DNA of 61,277 bases, counting the filler, from Globobulimina sp. (lineage: Eukaryota), in NCBI GenBank assembly GCA_003354225.1. It is 8 parts of 8 records of this genome, joined end to end, with 100 filler letters (N's around TTAATTAATTAA, not from the genome) between each part and the next. Parts side by side here need not be neighbours in the genome. Positions count along the whole stretch, not along the records: positions 30,775 to 38,344 come from PIVH01000140.1; positions 38,445 to 46,013 come from PIVH01000141.1; positions 46,114 to 53,649 come from PIVH01000142.1; 5 more parts are not named here. One strand, 5' to 3'. Below the pieces are notes generated by a model, which was given only the letters and a program-made list of their open reading frames with translations, was not told the origin of the DNA and made no database searches. The first letter of the stretch is position 1, and each line of letters opens with the position of its first letter. The translations under genes were made by a program, and so were the position numbers. Positions 36,434 through 49,800 of the stretch are shown piece by piece.

Positions 36434-38344
36434 TTACAACATTCCAATTATTTTGGAACCTCTTCTTTGCCACAATGAAGATCTTCTCGAATACGACTCT
36501 GAATATCCCCTTTCCGACCGGACATTGGAGAATCCCCTCCCTCGTTGTGTCAAACTCGCAGTCACATCATTGGGCAATGCACATTCAATCATACAAATAA
36601 TATTATTTTGAGAATGCGTGAACGTTTGCAATATAATCCATTCATTGATCCTATCATCAAATAATTCCAGACAACTCAACTGATCATTGCTCCCCAACAC
36701 AAATGGCTGCGGCCTCCCTTTCATCAAACTAATCTTATGGTTATTTATAATTTGCTTGGCATCCTGCTCCAAGAACCTATTCATTGCATACAAATGTTGG
36801 TCCGATAGCAAGCCGCACGAAGGATACACATGTTCGTAATTCAAGTCATTCAATCTGAACCACGCATCCTTTTCGCTATCATAATATTCCACAATTTTGT
36901 TCGTGTCGTCGCCCCATCCGCCAATCACGCCCACTCGATCCACGCTCGTCCACTCCATCGCGACGCACCGACAACGAGCTATGTTCATAGGCGCAATGAA
37001 CGACCATTTATTGCGGTTTACGTCATAGATCTCTGCACTGTGCAAGTTTTTCTTTTTCTTGCTCCAGCCGCCAGCCACTATCAACTTGGACGATTCGTTG
37101 ACGTTAATGTCGCGATTACCCATCGACGGAGTGACCGGAGTCCGGGCGATCTCATCGTTGTCCTGGTAATACATGACATAGACTGCGTGTCCCCAACGGG
37201 ACTGTTGCAGCGATTTCAATTCGCGCCACTCCGACTGCTCAAAGTCAAACAGTTCCACAGACGACAATGGTTTGCTTTTCTTGCCGCAGCCGCCGGCACA
37301 CACAATGTTGCCGTTCATCAAAGCGGGCTCGCACCACGAACGAGAGTGCTTTAACGAGGGCAAACTGGACCACATTCCCGTGGTCAAATCCAACATATCC
37401 ACACTGCGATCGGTCTTTTTGTTCAATGTGCCGCCGATACGGAACATTATCGACGTGTACCTTTCTTCCTTGCCCTCCTCCTCCTCCTCGTTGCCGGTAT
37501 GCTCGTCATCTGCCACTAACACGTCATGAGCCACCACCATGCTGCAAGAGGAACGCGCAGAGACTGGGATTTTGTCACTGACGATGTTGTCTCGGTTGTT
37601 GACGATGTCATGCCAGATTATATTCGACTTGCTCAGTATTAATATGCCGGGCACGTATAGCTCGTCTTGAATGTGGTAATTTGAGTGCCGGCGTTGTTTA
37701 GTAAACTCTGAATCATGCTCATACAAACTGCCTTTAATTAGTTAATTTTATGTTTGTTTGTTTGTTGGTTGCTTAAAATGAGGGGAAACCTGACTAGTTT
37801 TAGGGAGTGGGGGTGTTGCAAATGTAGGGACTGCAAAAGGGAGTACGTGAAAATGAATATGAATACATGGCGTATGGCGGACAAACCGGAGTGTTGTAGC
37901 AGTGGTAGTTTAGGTCTTTGGATGGCGTCATTGTCATCTTCCGCTTCCGGCATACTATCCATACTCGGCCCCGGTGGGATATATATGGGCGAGTTAGCAT
38001 GCCGTCGTTTTTTCTTTTTCTTCTTGCCTTTTTTCTTCTTCCTTCGCGATTTGTCTTTCACTGTATCGAAATCTTCGAATATATCTTCCGTCAAATCCAC
38101 CAACGATGGCAATGCCGCTGCACCTCCGCCAATATTATTGCGTATAACTAAACAAAAACATATTACTGACATACAGATACAAAGTATACTGACAATCAAT
38201 ACATACACAATCGGACAAGTCTGGAAAAATGCGATTCGATCCATATAGGCGCCACATCCTTGTCGTCTTCGTCATCTTCAAAGTTGACCAACTTTCTTAT
38301 CCTCACACGGATATAAATGCATTTGTCATCGACATCGACCAATA
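36434..38344 (-). CDS. Kelch-repeat protein, 5'-partial, multi-exon
   Basis: Repeated GG...S-V-E-x-F/Y-D...W...L...R units (RIGG, CAGG, VAGG, VIGG); upstream exon with a poly-Lys tract. Confidence 0.85.
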
Positions 38345-38568
38345 NNNNNNNNNNNNNNNNNNNNNNNNNNNNNNNNNNNNNNNNNNNNTTAATTAATTAA
38401 NNNNNNNNNNNNNNNNNNNNNNNNNNNNNNNNNNNNNNNNNNNNATAACATCATTAATCTAAAAAATCAACATCATCTAAATGCATCTCTGAAAAATCTG
38501 AATATTCACTCAAACTTTGCTCCTCTATCAGTTGATCAAAATGCCTGTTTATAAATTATTATTAAATA

Positions 38569-41329
38569 TTAATCATTAATTATTTGAATTGAATGCGCAT
38601 AGAATACTATGCAACGTATACGTAACAGATCGTGATGAGATTTCCATTGTTTGTATTTTATATATCTCCCTCTGACATATGACAAAAGCAAACAAATAAC
38701 TGCTGAAACCAAACAAATTATGGCTATCACAATTGGCATATCCATTGCTTTGACAATATTTGGATTAACTTTTACAACTTCAACTGCTGCTAAATCGTCA
38801 TCAAATATATTTATTAGCAATGGTTGAATGGAAAGATTATTATATCTCTTGTCAACACTACGAACTTCAAATCCTATTTCTAGAGAAACCAGATGTGCGG
38901 TAAACGTATCATCATCGCTTGCTTGTATATTAATATATTTTTGCGAGCTCCAACTATATATATATTAATATAAAAAAAAAAGAGAAATTGTTGCGACATA
39001 TATGCTTAATTAACTCTGTAGCTTTAAAAGAAATGTATGCTGGTTCGATATCAATATATTCAGATATATCAAGAGTTGTTTCCACAATTATTTCAATCAA
39101 AGAATCCGTTTCAATGAATTTAGTGTCCGAATCGATATCATTTATGTTTGACAGTGGCAATGCTGTTATTTGCAACGCAATTTGTGCTGTTTGAGATAAA
39201 TTGTATAATAAGCCGTTTTCAGATAAATTAAGAGAATGAGTGGATAATATTACATTTGGTGATGATAAGTACGCTGAGCAAATAAATAAATATTTCAATA
39301 TTAAATTAATAAAGAAAAAAAAAGTAAAACTTAACACTTATTTCCATTGCAACTTTGTGTTTCGATTTGCGTCTCACAGTGAATGGTTCCAAAAGTATCA
39401 GCAAATCCGACATTTTTTTTTCTTATTTGTTCACCAATTCCATACAGCACATTGCATTCGGCCCAATCACTCCAACTGACATCACTGCAATTTCCTGGAT
39501 CACCATTGGCATAAATACAAATTGTCGCATTATCATATACAACATTGTCATTATACAGAATGAGAGAGAAACATTCATCATATTCCCATAAGGAATCATT
39601 AATTATTTGAATTGAAATGTGTTGGATTCGCATATCATTTGAGGGCCAATACAAAATACCTGACACATTCACATAATCGACACCTCCATCCATATCTATT
39701 TCGTTATTGATTGGATTGCCACACTGAGCATTGCGTGTTTTTGTGGTATATTTGATTTGCAGCTCTTTTTTGTGTGCTGTTGCTTCAATGTTTAATGTTA
39801 AATTGCCGATATTTTCAAGCACCCAAATTACACTCTCATTTCTGAGCACTTTTGCGGTTGCAACGGAACTTGCTTTATTTTTATTTTTGTCACTTGCTGC
39901 TTTAATAATAATTTTAATGTCATTTCTTGTAATTGCTACATCTGACGATAACGAATCGCAATGAACCATAAAATATTCATCACACTCAAATTCATTGTCA
40001 TTATTAATAATAATCGGTATTCGCATACTTTGCGTCGCTGTCTCGTGATCCAACCATTTGAATTCTTTTCTGGTATAAATATAATCTTCGCCCTGCACAG
40101 CATTGCCATCCTCCGTCACGCAAAAAGCCTCAATTTCGCCTTTTTTGCCTAATATTCTCTGGATAGCAATGATGGGCCAAGTGGAGGAATCATTTGATGC
40201 AATAATTGCTTCTTTGGGATATCCAATAATCATTAATTCACCTTTTGCCTGTTCAGAGTCGCCTGTTTCCAGTGCCATATCACCGTATTGTTTGACCCAT
40301 AGTTGCACCGTATTAACATATCCATATTCTTTATTGGGCCCTGCCAAACATTCATTATTTGCATTGCCATGATACACAGCAATGGGTAGCCCAAATTGTC
40401 CCGCATTATCGCCATTTATCAGTGCTTTATCTGAATATGTTTCTGATGACAAAGCCAATCCGGACCAAGTTCTGTGTGGTTTGAGAAACAACAAATATAT
40501 AAAACATTTTTGTAGAAACAGCACAAAGCACAAACATTCTTTGAAATGGATCCTGCAATGAATCAAATCCCGAAACAGCGAAATCTGCGCTTGGGTTTGT
40601 GGATTGTCTCCAAATTAAGTCAATAATATCTGTATTTTGTGGCCATCTCATTTTAAATGCAAAGTTGTTGTCTTTTTTGTACTGAGACTCACTCAGTTTC
40701 ACTAAATCGGAAAAAAGTAAATCTGAAATAGTTCCAATTTGTCGAGCTGTGTTTGGTGTGAAATAAGCGCCTTTGCTGCAATTGTGAGATAATATCAATT
40801 TCCACCTTCCATCAGAACCAAATGCTGTGTCAGATGTCCATAAAATACTTAATTCTGCAGTTAATAAAACCAAATGTCCTTTGTCTGAAACTTCTAATCT
40901 GTATCCATTTGATTGTTTGTTTGAATTTTTATATCCCTTCTTCCACGGATTTGTGTTTCTTGATTGCTCGAATAACGTCAATATTCCACTATCATTATCT
41001 AAAAATAATTGCGAGTTTGCTATTGTTTGGTGACATCTATTTGGATTATTCATATCTGTATATTCATCACAAGACGACCAAACTGGGAGGTCATCCTTAT
41101 ATATTTCGAGTTTTCCGACAGGATCTAATAAAAGAAATGCTGTGCCTTCGGAGGAAGATAATATGTCACATGCTTTCATTGTATCATTAATTTCCAAGTA
41201 TTTAAATTCTTTAAAGCAGCATGCCGAGCAAACATGATCTTTTTCAAATAGGTCAGAGCCATTAAATATTGTTGTGTTTGATGGCGAGGCGAATGGTAGA
41301 AATGCAATTAATGATAGAAGAGGAAACAT
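38569..41329 (-). CDS. Multidomain type I membrane protein: signal peptide, bulb-type lectin-like, fibrinogen-C-like segment, two Calx-beta, TSP1, TM
   Basis: Four ORFs joined by short introns (~40535-40472, ~39334-39274, ~38997-38954). Motifs GKLEIY...VWSS and GHLVL...LWTS; TEDGNAVQGEDY and GVDYVNVSGILYW...IINDSLWEYDECF; WSDWAEC...GEQIR; TM IVIAIICLVSAVICLLL. The cytoplasmic tail may continue past 38569. Confidence 0.75.
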
Positions 41330-41359
41330 GACCAAATATAGAAGAACTGAGAAAACATT

Positions 41360-43829
41360 TTAGAAAAGCGAATGGATATTCTCTTTGAATAAAACGAGTA
41401 ATTTTGAGTGATAGATTGTGAATTGTGATATCTTCATTGCATTCAATTTGGATAAAACATAATGACATTGCTTCTCTGTCAAACATGGTTGTAACTCCTC
41501 GATAACATTGCATATTATGGCTGCGTCACTATCATCATTTTTATCTTCCAAAGCTCGCTGCATTGCACACCATATATTCTCTATGGGATCCACCACAAAC
41601 TGCAAAGCACACAATTGAGTTTGATCCAATATATATTCCATAATCTGTCCGCATTTTTGTATCAATTCAGGTTGTTGGCAGTCGTTATACCAAAACCTGA
41701 TCAAAGCTGCTACATCAAATGGAATATATTTCTCATCCAAATGCAATATGCTTCGACAATATCCATCGATTAACATCACAGAGTTTGATAAACATTGTTG
41801 CGAGGAACCAAAAAATAATTCAATTAAATTATTTTGCATAATCCATTTATTAAAGAAATCTCGTGTTATAAATTGGTATTTCGATAAACCTATTTCTGAG
41901 CACACATCAGATATAAAATTTATTCCTTCCAACTGTCTATCCAACGACCCACAGTTCAATTTTTTTAATGCCATATTTAGCTCAAATTTCTCAAACATTT
42001 TCTCCCTTTCTTGGGATGTATGATATCTTAATTCAAAAAGTATATACTTCAAAACGTTGACTAAAAACAGTGTGATATATTCAATTCAATTTGTTTAAAG
42101 CAATGTTTTAGCAATGTTTTGAGCAGCATACCGCAATAAAAGCGCATCTAAACAATACAAGACATCTTCCACGCATTCAACAGTTAATTCTACGCATTCG
42201 ATGTATGAGACACTTTGCAACCTTTCCAGTGTCAATTGGCATAATTTATTAATAAATGTATCCGCAAATGGTTTGGAATAAGCTTTGTAAATATTTGATA
42301 ATGGCAACAGAGTTTTGATTAAATATTTGATGGGAATATGAAATTTCTTATTTGACAGCACCTCCAAAATAGCATCAAACCCTCCAAACTTAGCAAATTC
42401 ATTGAAAATGTCAACTAAATGAAAGGATATTTTCTTGTTTATTGTGCCTCTGTCGATTATCAGTGGATCATTTTTGTCATCTTCTTCGTCTTCAAAACAT
42501 GGTTCCAAATCATTTAACATTCCATAAACCCGTCCATTTATTTGTGCCGTTGATAAATGTTTTTGTAATCTCATATCGTCTCTTTTTATCCATTCATTCC
42601 GCGCATCGGACTCAAATCCATTATAATGCACTCGCACTTTATTCAAAACGACATCGTCTTCAATCACTGTCACAGTGCGCCAATTATTGGAAGCGTCCAA
42701 CACATCGCATTCATCATTAATCTTCAGCTCCTTTCTCCATTTCAACATTTTCGGTTTCTGTGCAATGGATTTAGTCAAAGGTTTGGCCACTTGGTCCAAT
42801 GTATTTTTTGTTAATGTGAATTCGTCAAAACATCGTTCAATCGGTATTTCATCCATTTTGGGCTGAAAATATCAGTAAAATAAGTATTTAGGAGCACTTT
42901 GCAAATAAATAAAGTAAACATTCCTGAATTCGAAGGATTGTGTGTGTGCATTCATTGGTTGCTGGGTCATTTTGTGGGATAACATTTGTAATTAAACCAT
43001 ATCTCCACCGATTATAATATAAATAATCCACATAAGAATTTACTTTAATTCCTTCATTTTCCCGCCATTGCTGCAATCGAAGAGTCTCTTTTTCATTCAA
43101 TACTTGTCCTTTTCTGTGCAAATAATCGCCGCCGCATCGTTTCAGCACAGTCAGTGGTTTACCAATTTGGTTTTCTGTGTTTTTCGATAATATAAATTCG
43201 TGATAACTGTTCTGAATCGGAACGTCGTCGCGATTTGTTGATATTTTCAGCACTTTATGCTCGCCAACAGATTCATGCGTTTTTCTTGTTATTTGTGTGA
43301 TGGTTCCATGCCTCCACCGATTATAAAATAAATAATCGACTGAACAATGCACTGCAACGCCTCCATTCTCCCGCCATTCGTCCAATTCTTGTTTTTCTTG
43401 TTTGCTTAAAGGAGTTCCTCGTTTCTCCCGATAATTATGACCAAATATTTTGAAAAAGGGCGTTTCAGCATTCATGACGTGAATAATTTTCATGCCGGTA
43501 ATATCATTATTTTTTAGCAATGGCACTGAAATTTGGATCAATAATTTACAGCAAGTAACTATGAGATCCGTTACATTCCAACAATTTTTAGTGTTTCGTG
43601 TCATTAATATCCAAACAGATTTGTCTAAAAAATTATCTTTAATATATTGCATTGCTTCCGCGCAATACACAGATTTTAGGTAATTATTTAAAATGGCTTT
43701 GTACTCAATTAATGCATTAAAAATATCATAATCCTCGAATTTTGTCAATATTTTTGTTGTTAATTCTTTCACCGATTCCAGGTCATTTTGGTTTGATTGT
43801 AATTGTGTTGTGGCTATTCTGTCGGTCAT
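41360..43829 (-). CDS. USP9X/USP24/USP34-like N-terminal region with Tudor/Agenet-like repeats; no peptidase domain
   Basis: Three ORFs separated by intron-sized gaps. NEFAKFGGFDAIL, LDRQLEGINFI, WIMQNNLIELFFG, PELIQKC; repeats VDYL..NRWR.G.IT and CDVLD..NNWR...VHYNGF...EWI. Confidence 0.6.
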
Positions 43830-43924
43830 GGTGCGAGAAATGTGTTTAGAGCCAGATGTTTTTTTAAGAAAAACAAAAAATAAAAGTGTTTTCAAATAGA
43901 TGTTCTACAGTATACCATTAATAA

Positions 43925-45267
43925 TTAAAATGACCAAACACAATTGGCAAGATTTGGTTTGATATTTTCTTGTTGCACAATATTTGCATTTTGACAGAAT
44001 TGCTTATTATTTTGTGATGGCAAATCAATATTTTGCAATACTAATCCAGTCACATTATAATGTAACAATCCTTGTAACCACCATGAATAATTTGGTATTG
44101 CATTATCCATATTTTGTATATTCCTAAATGTGATATTATCAAATATTAATGTATCATTTGGACAAACCGCATCATTCATATCCGTATCGCCATTATTATG
44201 CGGCATATCAATAACAATTCCACTGCCTGTGATATTATCCCATCCCACACAGTTTGCACAATACGTCACATTGTATAATGTAAAATTATCATAAATAACA
44301 TTGCTTATTCTTCCTGGCTCATCCTGACGATATATATTATTGCATCTCCCTTTCATGTGAGGTCCAGCCATGGTTTCAATCATTGTGATATCTTTGAATG
44401 TGACGTTATCGATATATGGGAAAATATAAGGACCCAATGTAGCGCCATGAGAATGTATAAAGGTGCAATTTATAATCAATATATGCTGTGATGGATATTG
44501 TTGATTTTCATTCAATGAGCCAGCAAATACTGCAATAGCATCATCACCGTTATCAATCAAACAATCTCTAATGGTGACATCAGTACATCCGTCTGGGTCA
44601 ACTCCATCTGTATTATGTCCAATAGGATACGGTGGCGAATATACATAAATATTGTCAATATGTACATGATTGCAAAATGTAGGATGTATGGTCCAAAATG
44701 CTGAATTCGATGCAGTTATATTGCTTATTTCTGTAGGAGTATAATAAGAAAACATTCATTTTAAATATATGTATGTACAGTACCTAGATAATCAATGAAA
44801 TGTAATGACACCAGCATTGGCCGTGTCCATTCAACACACTCTGTTGCTGCAGCTGTATCGGGTGATACTTTGGTGCATTTGGCACCATTTATTAGTGCCG
44901 CATGTGTCAATCCATTGTTGTTATCATAATGTAAGAAAGTTGCAGGATAATATTCATATGTCTTGTTCCATCCACCCCACACACCTTGTAATATTGCATT
45001 AGTTTCAACTCTCAGCGTGCAATTTGATGCTAACCATATCGATCCAGTCACAAATATATTGGGTTTGTCGCCATTGGTACTCCCAGGGACTAATATTATT
45101 CCTCCTCCGTTGTTGTTACCACATTCATCTATTGTTAATTGAATTGCTTTCGTGTTTACAGTGATACCATCCGCATTTGCTCCGTTCTGTTCAATATTAA
45201 ATACTGTTGTTTGTGCGTGTATTGACACAAACAATATCAATGAGAACAAAGCCAATGGAATCAACAT
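43925..45267 (-). CDS. Secreted glycoside hydrolase family 28 (polygalacturonase-like), 2 exons
   Basis: Signal peptide; GANADG...NTKAIQ..ID; RP; FWTIHP; NTDGVD; GDDAIAV; SHG; intron gtactg...ctacag (~44783-44731). Confidence 0.88.
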
Positions 45268-45306
45268 GCTGAGCTAATCAAAAAACAGTTTTTAAGCTAG
45301 TAAATT

Positions 45307-46013
45307 ATGTTGTTTCGGTTTAGATGTCGCCTTGTTTTGGAACAGTGCAAAATCACGCATAAAAGTACCTCATTGCAATATTCATCTCGTTATTTATTAC
45401 CAACACATATTACAATGGCAATGGCTACAAACTCTACTAATCCACTCATCAAACGATCATTCCCCATGCAATTGCAACCAAATCATGCACATTTTAGTAC
45501 CAATATTAATCCATTAACTCCCAATCCATCATTCATTGACATTGGCGATATGTATCAACACAAACTAACATCGAAAATCAATATGGATGTGCCATCAGAT
45601 TATGATTGGACTAAATCGTCGGCACAGAATTATTCAGTGAAATATCAAGCCATTGATTTCATAGATTATGAATATTCAAAATCACTGATCGATTATACAT
45701 ATCATGGCTATTATACAGAGCAAAGACAACAACAAGTACATAATCCAATCATTGGGTATTACAAATCCATTGCCATCAACAATGTATGACATAATCCAAT
45801 CATTTTGTGCACAATGCGTATATTTAGCAATATTTTTGTAATACACAGTTAAAAACACCAGAATATCTAAAGGATAATCCATGGGTTTTATTCACCGCTG
45901 GACCTATGGGCGCTGGCAAAACACACACATTGCAATGGCTGCAAGGTTTAGGTGTATTTCCCTTGGCAGCATTCCTCAAAGTTCAGTCTTCCACATTTTC
46001 CAATGTGACATGG
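45307..46013 (+). CDS. Zeta-toxin-like P-loop NTPase, 3'-partial
   Basis: Intron 45784-45848 joins IDYTYHGYYTEQRQ to NPWVLFTAGPMGAGKT (Walker A); Arg-rich N-terminus resembles a mitochondrial presequence. Confidence 0.65.
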
Positions 46014-46387
46014 NNNNNNNNNNNNNNNNNNNNNNNNNNNNNNNNNNNNNNNNNNNNTTAATTAATTAANNNNNNNNNNNNNNNNNNNNNNNNNNNNNNN
46101 NNNNNNNNNNNNNTGCGACATTGTTATGGCTTTCAGATTCGCGGCATTTGTGACATTTTGTGATTGCGTATCTTCGTGAATAGTAACTGTTGAATGAAAG
46201 GTCAGATTTAAACTTTATCTATTTCAGTTGTAAACAAATGTCAAATGTTTTTTGTGTTTTTGCAGAAACAAAACACTGCAGTCACTGCTGAAGTGCAAGG
46301 ATCGATTGCGTTGTGTAAAACATTACGACAATCTGTTCACGATTCTCTATCATCAAACAATGATTTAACAATCCAATCCTCAATCAT

Positions 46388-46736
46388 TCACTCACTCAAA
46401 TTTTTATCTTTAAATTCCTTCAATTTTTTTCCTTCACTTTCCAACATATCCTTTAATTGAGGCGACCATTTGTTATACAATTTATTCACCAAATTATCAA
46501 CTCTTTAATGTCAAAAAACAAAATACCATTCAAACAAAGACAGCATTGCACGTTTGTAAAATAATAACACTTTACCTTGGCATGAAAGTTCTGTAAATTA
46601 CGTATTTATTTATCATTGATAGATTATAAAACATAGTGAAATAATTATTTTTACCAAAGTACCTTGTCTGATCAAGATAAATTCCAGTACCTACACCGGC
46701 TGTAAATACGAAAAATGAACGAATAATCCTTGGCAT
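46388..46736 (-). CDS. 67-aa STMP1/DUF4535-like mitochondrial microprotein, 3 exons (missed by ORF track)
   Basis: Exons 46736-46663, 46590-46576, 46502-46388 (204 nt, GT-AG) give MPRIIRSFFVFTAGVGTGIYLDQTRTFMPRVDNLVNKLY...KDKNLSE*; the F..G...GIY..Q....P pattern fits the family. Confidence 0.7.
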
Positions 46737-46875
46737 TTTAAGATGTGTAAAAAGAATGTTTTGAGTTTTTCTTTGGTTTTTTCGCCAGTCATCTCAAATT
46801 TTCGTAGTTTATTTTTCTCAGTGATTATGTTTCAGAAATCTGTGAGTATGGAATCGAAAGAGTGTAAAAGGTATG

Positions 46876-49800
46876 TTATGATAAATAAAATCCAGTCTGA
46901 GCATGGTTCATTGCTTGAAGCAATTTGCTTTTCAGTGTCGTTTTTGTTTTGTACGGAGGCAATCGCAATGTATGTCTGCAGGTTGTCGCATGTGGCAAAG
47001 ATTCATACTCCGCATTTTCATACAAAAATTGTTGTTCTACAGTCGCAAATTTAGTAATTGTAAATTGCGGATTTAATTTACTGATTCCACCCAATGGCAA
47101 TGACAATGATCCAGTTAAAAATCGAATAAATTGTCGCTTTTGTTTTATATCAAATTCATTACATAACATATCATATAAATTTTTAATAACTGGCGTATTA
47201 TACGAATATTGTTCCAGTTTTACATATTTACACAAATATTTTGCTGTCCACTCATTAAAATGTTGTGTGTTTGAACCAATGACTAAAGTTTCAAACTCAT
47301 AGTCGTAAAATGGTAATAACAATACATTATTTCCATCATTTCCAACATCCATATTATCATCGTCTCGCATCATACTTTTTAATCCTAACTGAACATAATT
47401 ATTTGACTCAGATATACCATCATTTAAGAAATAATTGCAAATTCCAATCAAATACTTTTCCAAATTATGAATATCTAACATTTCCTCTGCTTTTTCCTTT
47501 GATAAATTGACATTAAATGTCGGTGTATTCAGCGTTAAACACAACAAATCAATAAAGGATTCACATTTATTTTTCAATGAAAGTATGCATTGAAATGTGT
47601 ATTCATCAGAACCACCACCATCTGACTCATTATCCTGCTCAATTTCCATTTTATTGCTCACATTGACATCCCTGAAAAAGGCACAATAACAACCCATATG
47701 GCGGTAAAGTTGCAAAATATTAAACAAACGGAATAATATCATCAAATAATGATCATTTGGATATATCTTCAACATATCCAATATGGTCACATCGCGCCGC
47801 AAGTTCGCACCAAGCACCATTTTAAAAAACATTTGATGCAGTTCCAAGTTTATCCGTTTGTTTTCCTTTACTGCCAAAATCATAATTTTGCCCAACACAT
47901 CCAAATATTTTGACGGATTGCTGTCCAACGGACTGTTGCATATAAATGAGAGCATATTTGGTCGATAAAACAATCCGTTATACCCCGTCACATGCGACAT
48001 ATGGTTACGAATCACAACTTTGTTATTATCACTAGCATCGCTGCTTTCTTTTTCATTTTTATTTGTATTTTGATGCTGCGCAGATTCAGCATGCTGAGCA
48101 CAAATAAAATTGACCAATGAATCTTTGCTCTTACACTTCGACGCTCGGTCGCCAGTTAAAAATGTTTTGGTCCCCGAAATCCTCATTTTTCTCGATTTCC
48201 CACTGCTTAAACTCACGATATTTTGATAATGACTTAAATCCAAACATTTTATGTCTTTATCCGTAATAATATGTCCATACAAACGGGCAACAAATGCCTT
48301 CGTCAACAAAATGGGTATCATATTAATATCAGATCGATAACAAAAAGGATGGCAATGTTGATTGAAGCAGACAGCCGAAGACAAATAATGAATGGGATAC
48401 GATCTGCCATCGATATCATATACACCGCCATACGAATACATCAATAATTGCCTCGCATTGCAGCTCGGAAATGATATAATTTTGCAACAATCGCATTGCA
48501 TTAATGGATGAGATATGCAATTTATACCCAACGGATAGGACTCATTTAAACGTACTATCGATTTATGCGAAATAATCCAAAAATAAATATCGCATTTATG
48601 GCCACAAAACGTACACAAATCGTGCTGCTTTGCGTCATTATTAACCTCGGAATGGCAATGATAATCACACTCTGTCTCAGTACAATAAAATAGCTCATTC
48701 ACACACGACTGTATACCAACGTTACCGCGCACATTCTCATTCTTATAGCAAGTCAGTGGTTTATCTCTATGCACCGCACAGCATAACATGCCATTAATTA
48801 ATGTGCAATCATTGCATCTGTACACTCCAAACGCGTACAATTTATCATCATCAATGCCCTCATCGTCGGTGATCACAGTATCATTACAATGCTTTGTCGT
48901 ATTCGTGAGATGCGTGTCATCGTCAATCCATAATTGCAAATCCTGCCGATCCAAACCATTGGTAGCTAAGGTGAAGAATTCCATCGTTGGGCCGGATCCG
49001 ACACCGTCATCGCCATAAAATTGCGCCCTTAATATCGATTCACTGAAATGAGTGCTAAACGGATCATTATCGTAATTAAAATCGACCACTCCTTCGGACA
49101 GAATCGGTAAATATTGCAACTGCGTTTCATTTGCAATCTTTTTCTTCTTCTTTGCTGATGGTACGGTGATGTCAGCTTTTTTCCTTTTTTTCTTTATTTT
49201 TTTAAGACTCAACTTTGGCGATTCAGATTCACTGTGGCTCTGACCGTGAGATAGCACGTTATTGTTATTGCTGTTGTTGGTTTGATTGAAGTTTATTGTT
49301 CTTCGATGGTTGTGCCGTGGTCGCGAGATGGCGATACTTGATATTCTCTCGGGATCCGGCAATAAATGCAATGCTAATTCGTCCCGAAAAGTGTCAGCTG
49401 GCATTGCCTGCGATGTATGATATCGAAATGTCTGAAACTGGTAATACGATAATAAGGGCGAGAAATATTTGGATGCGTAGAATAAGGCGCAAACGTCCGA
49501 TAATACGCTTTTTCTATAAATTTTAATGGTTTTATGCGTTTCTTTGGGGATCATACAGTTATCGTTGGTTAGCATGGAATGAATCATTGAGAAAGTATGG
49601 GTCGATGAGTTTTTATGGATTTGCGATGTAATCTGTTTGAAATCGTCATCGTTGTTGGTATTGTTATGGTTATTTGTGTTGAATAATGGAGACATTGAGG
49701 GTATGTTTAATATATTTGTCTGTCGCATTCTGTTTGAAGTTTGTAAGTTGAATGTCGACACAGATTGGACGTTGTTGTTTTGCTCCAAATGTACGGAATC

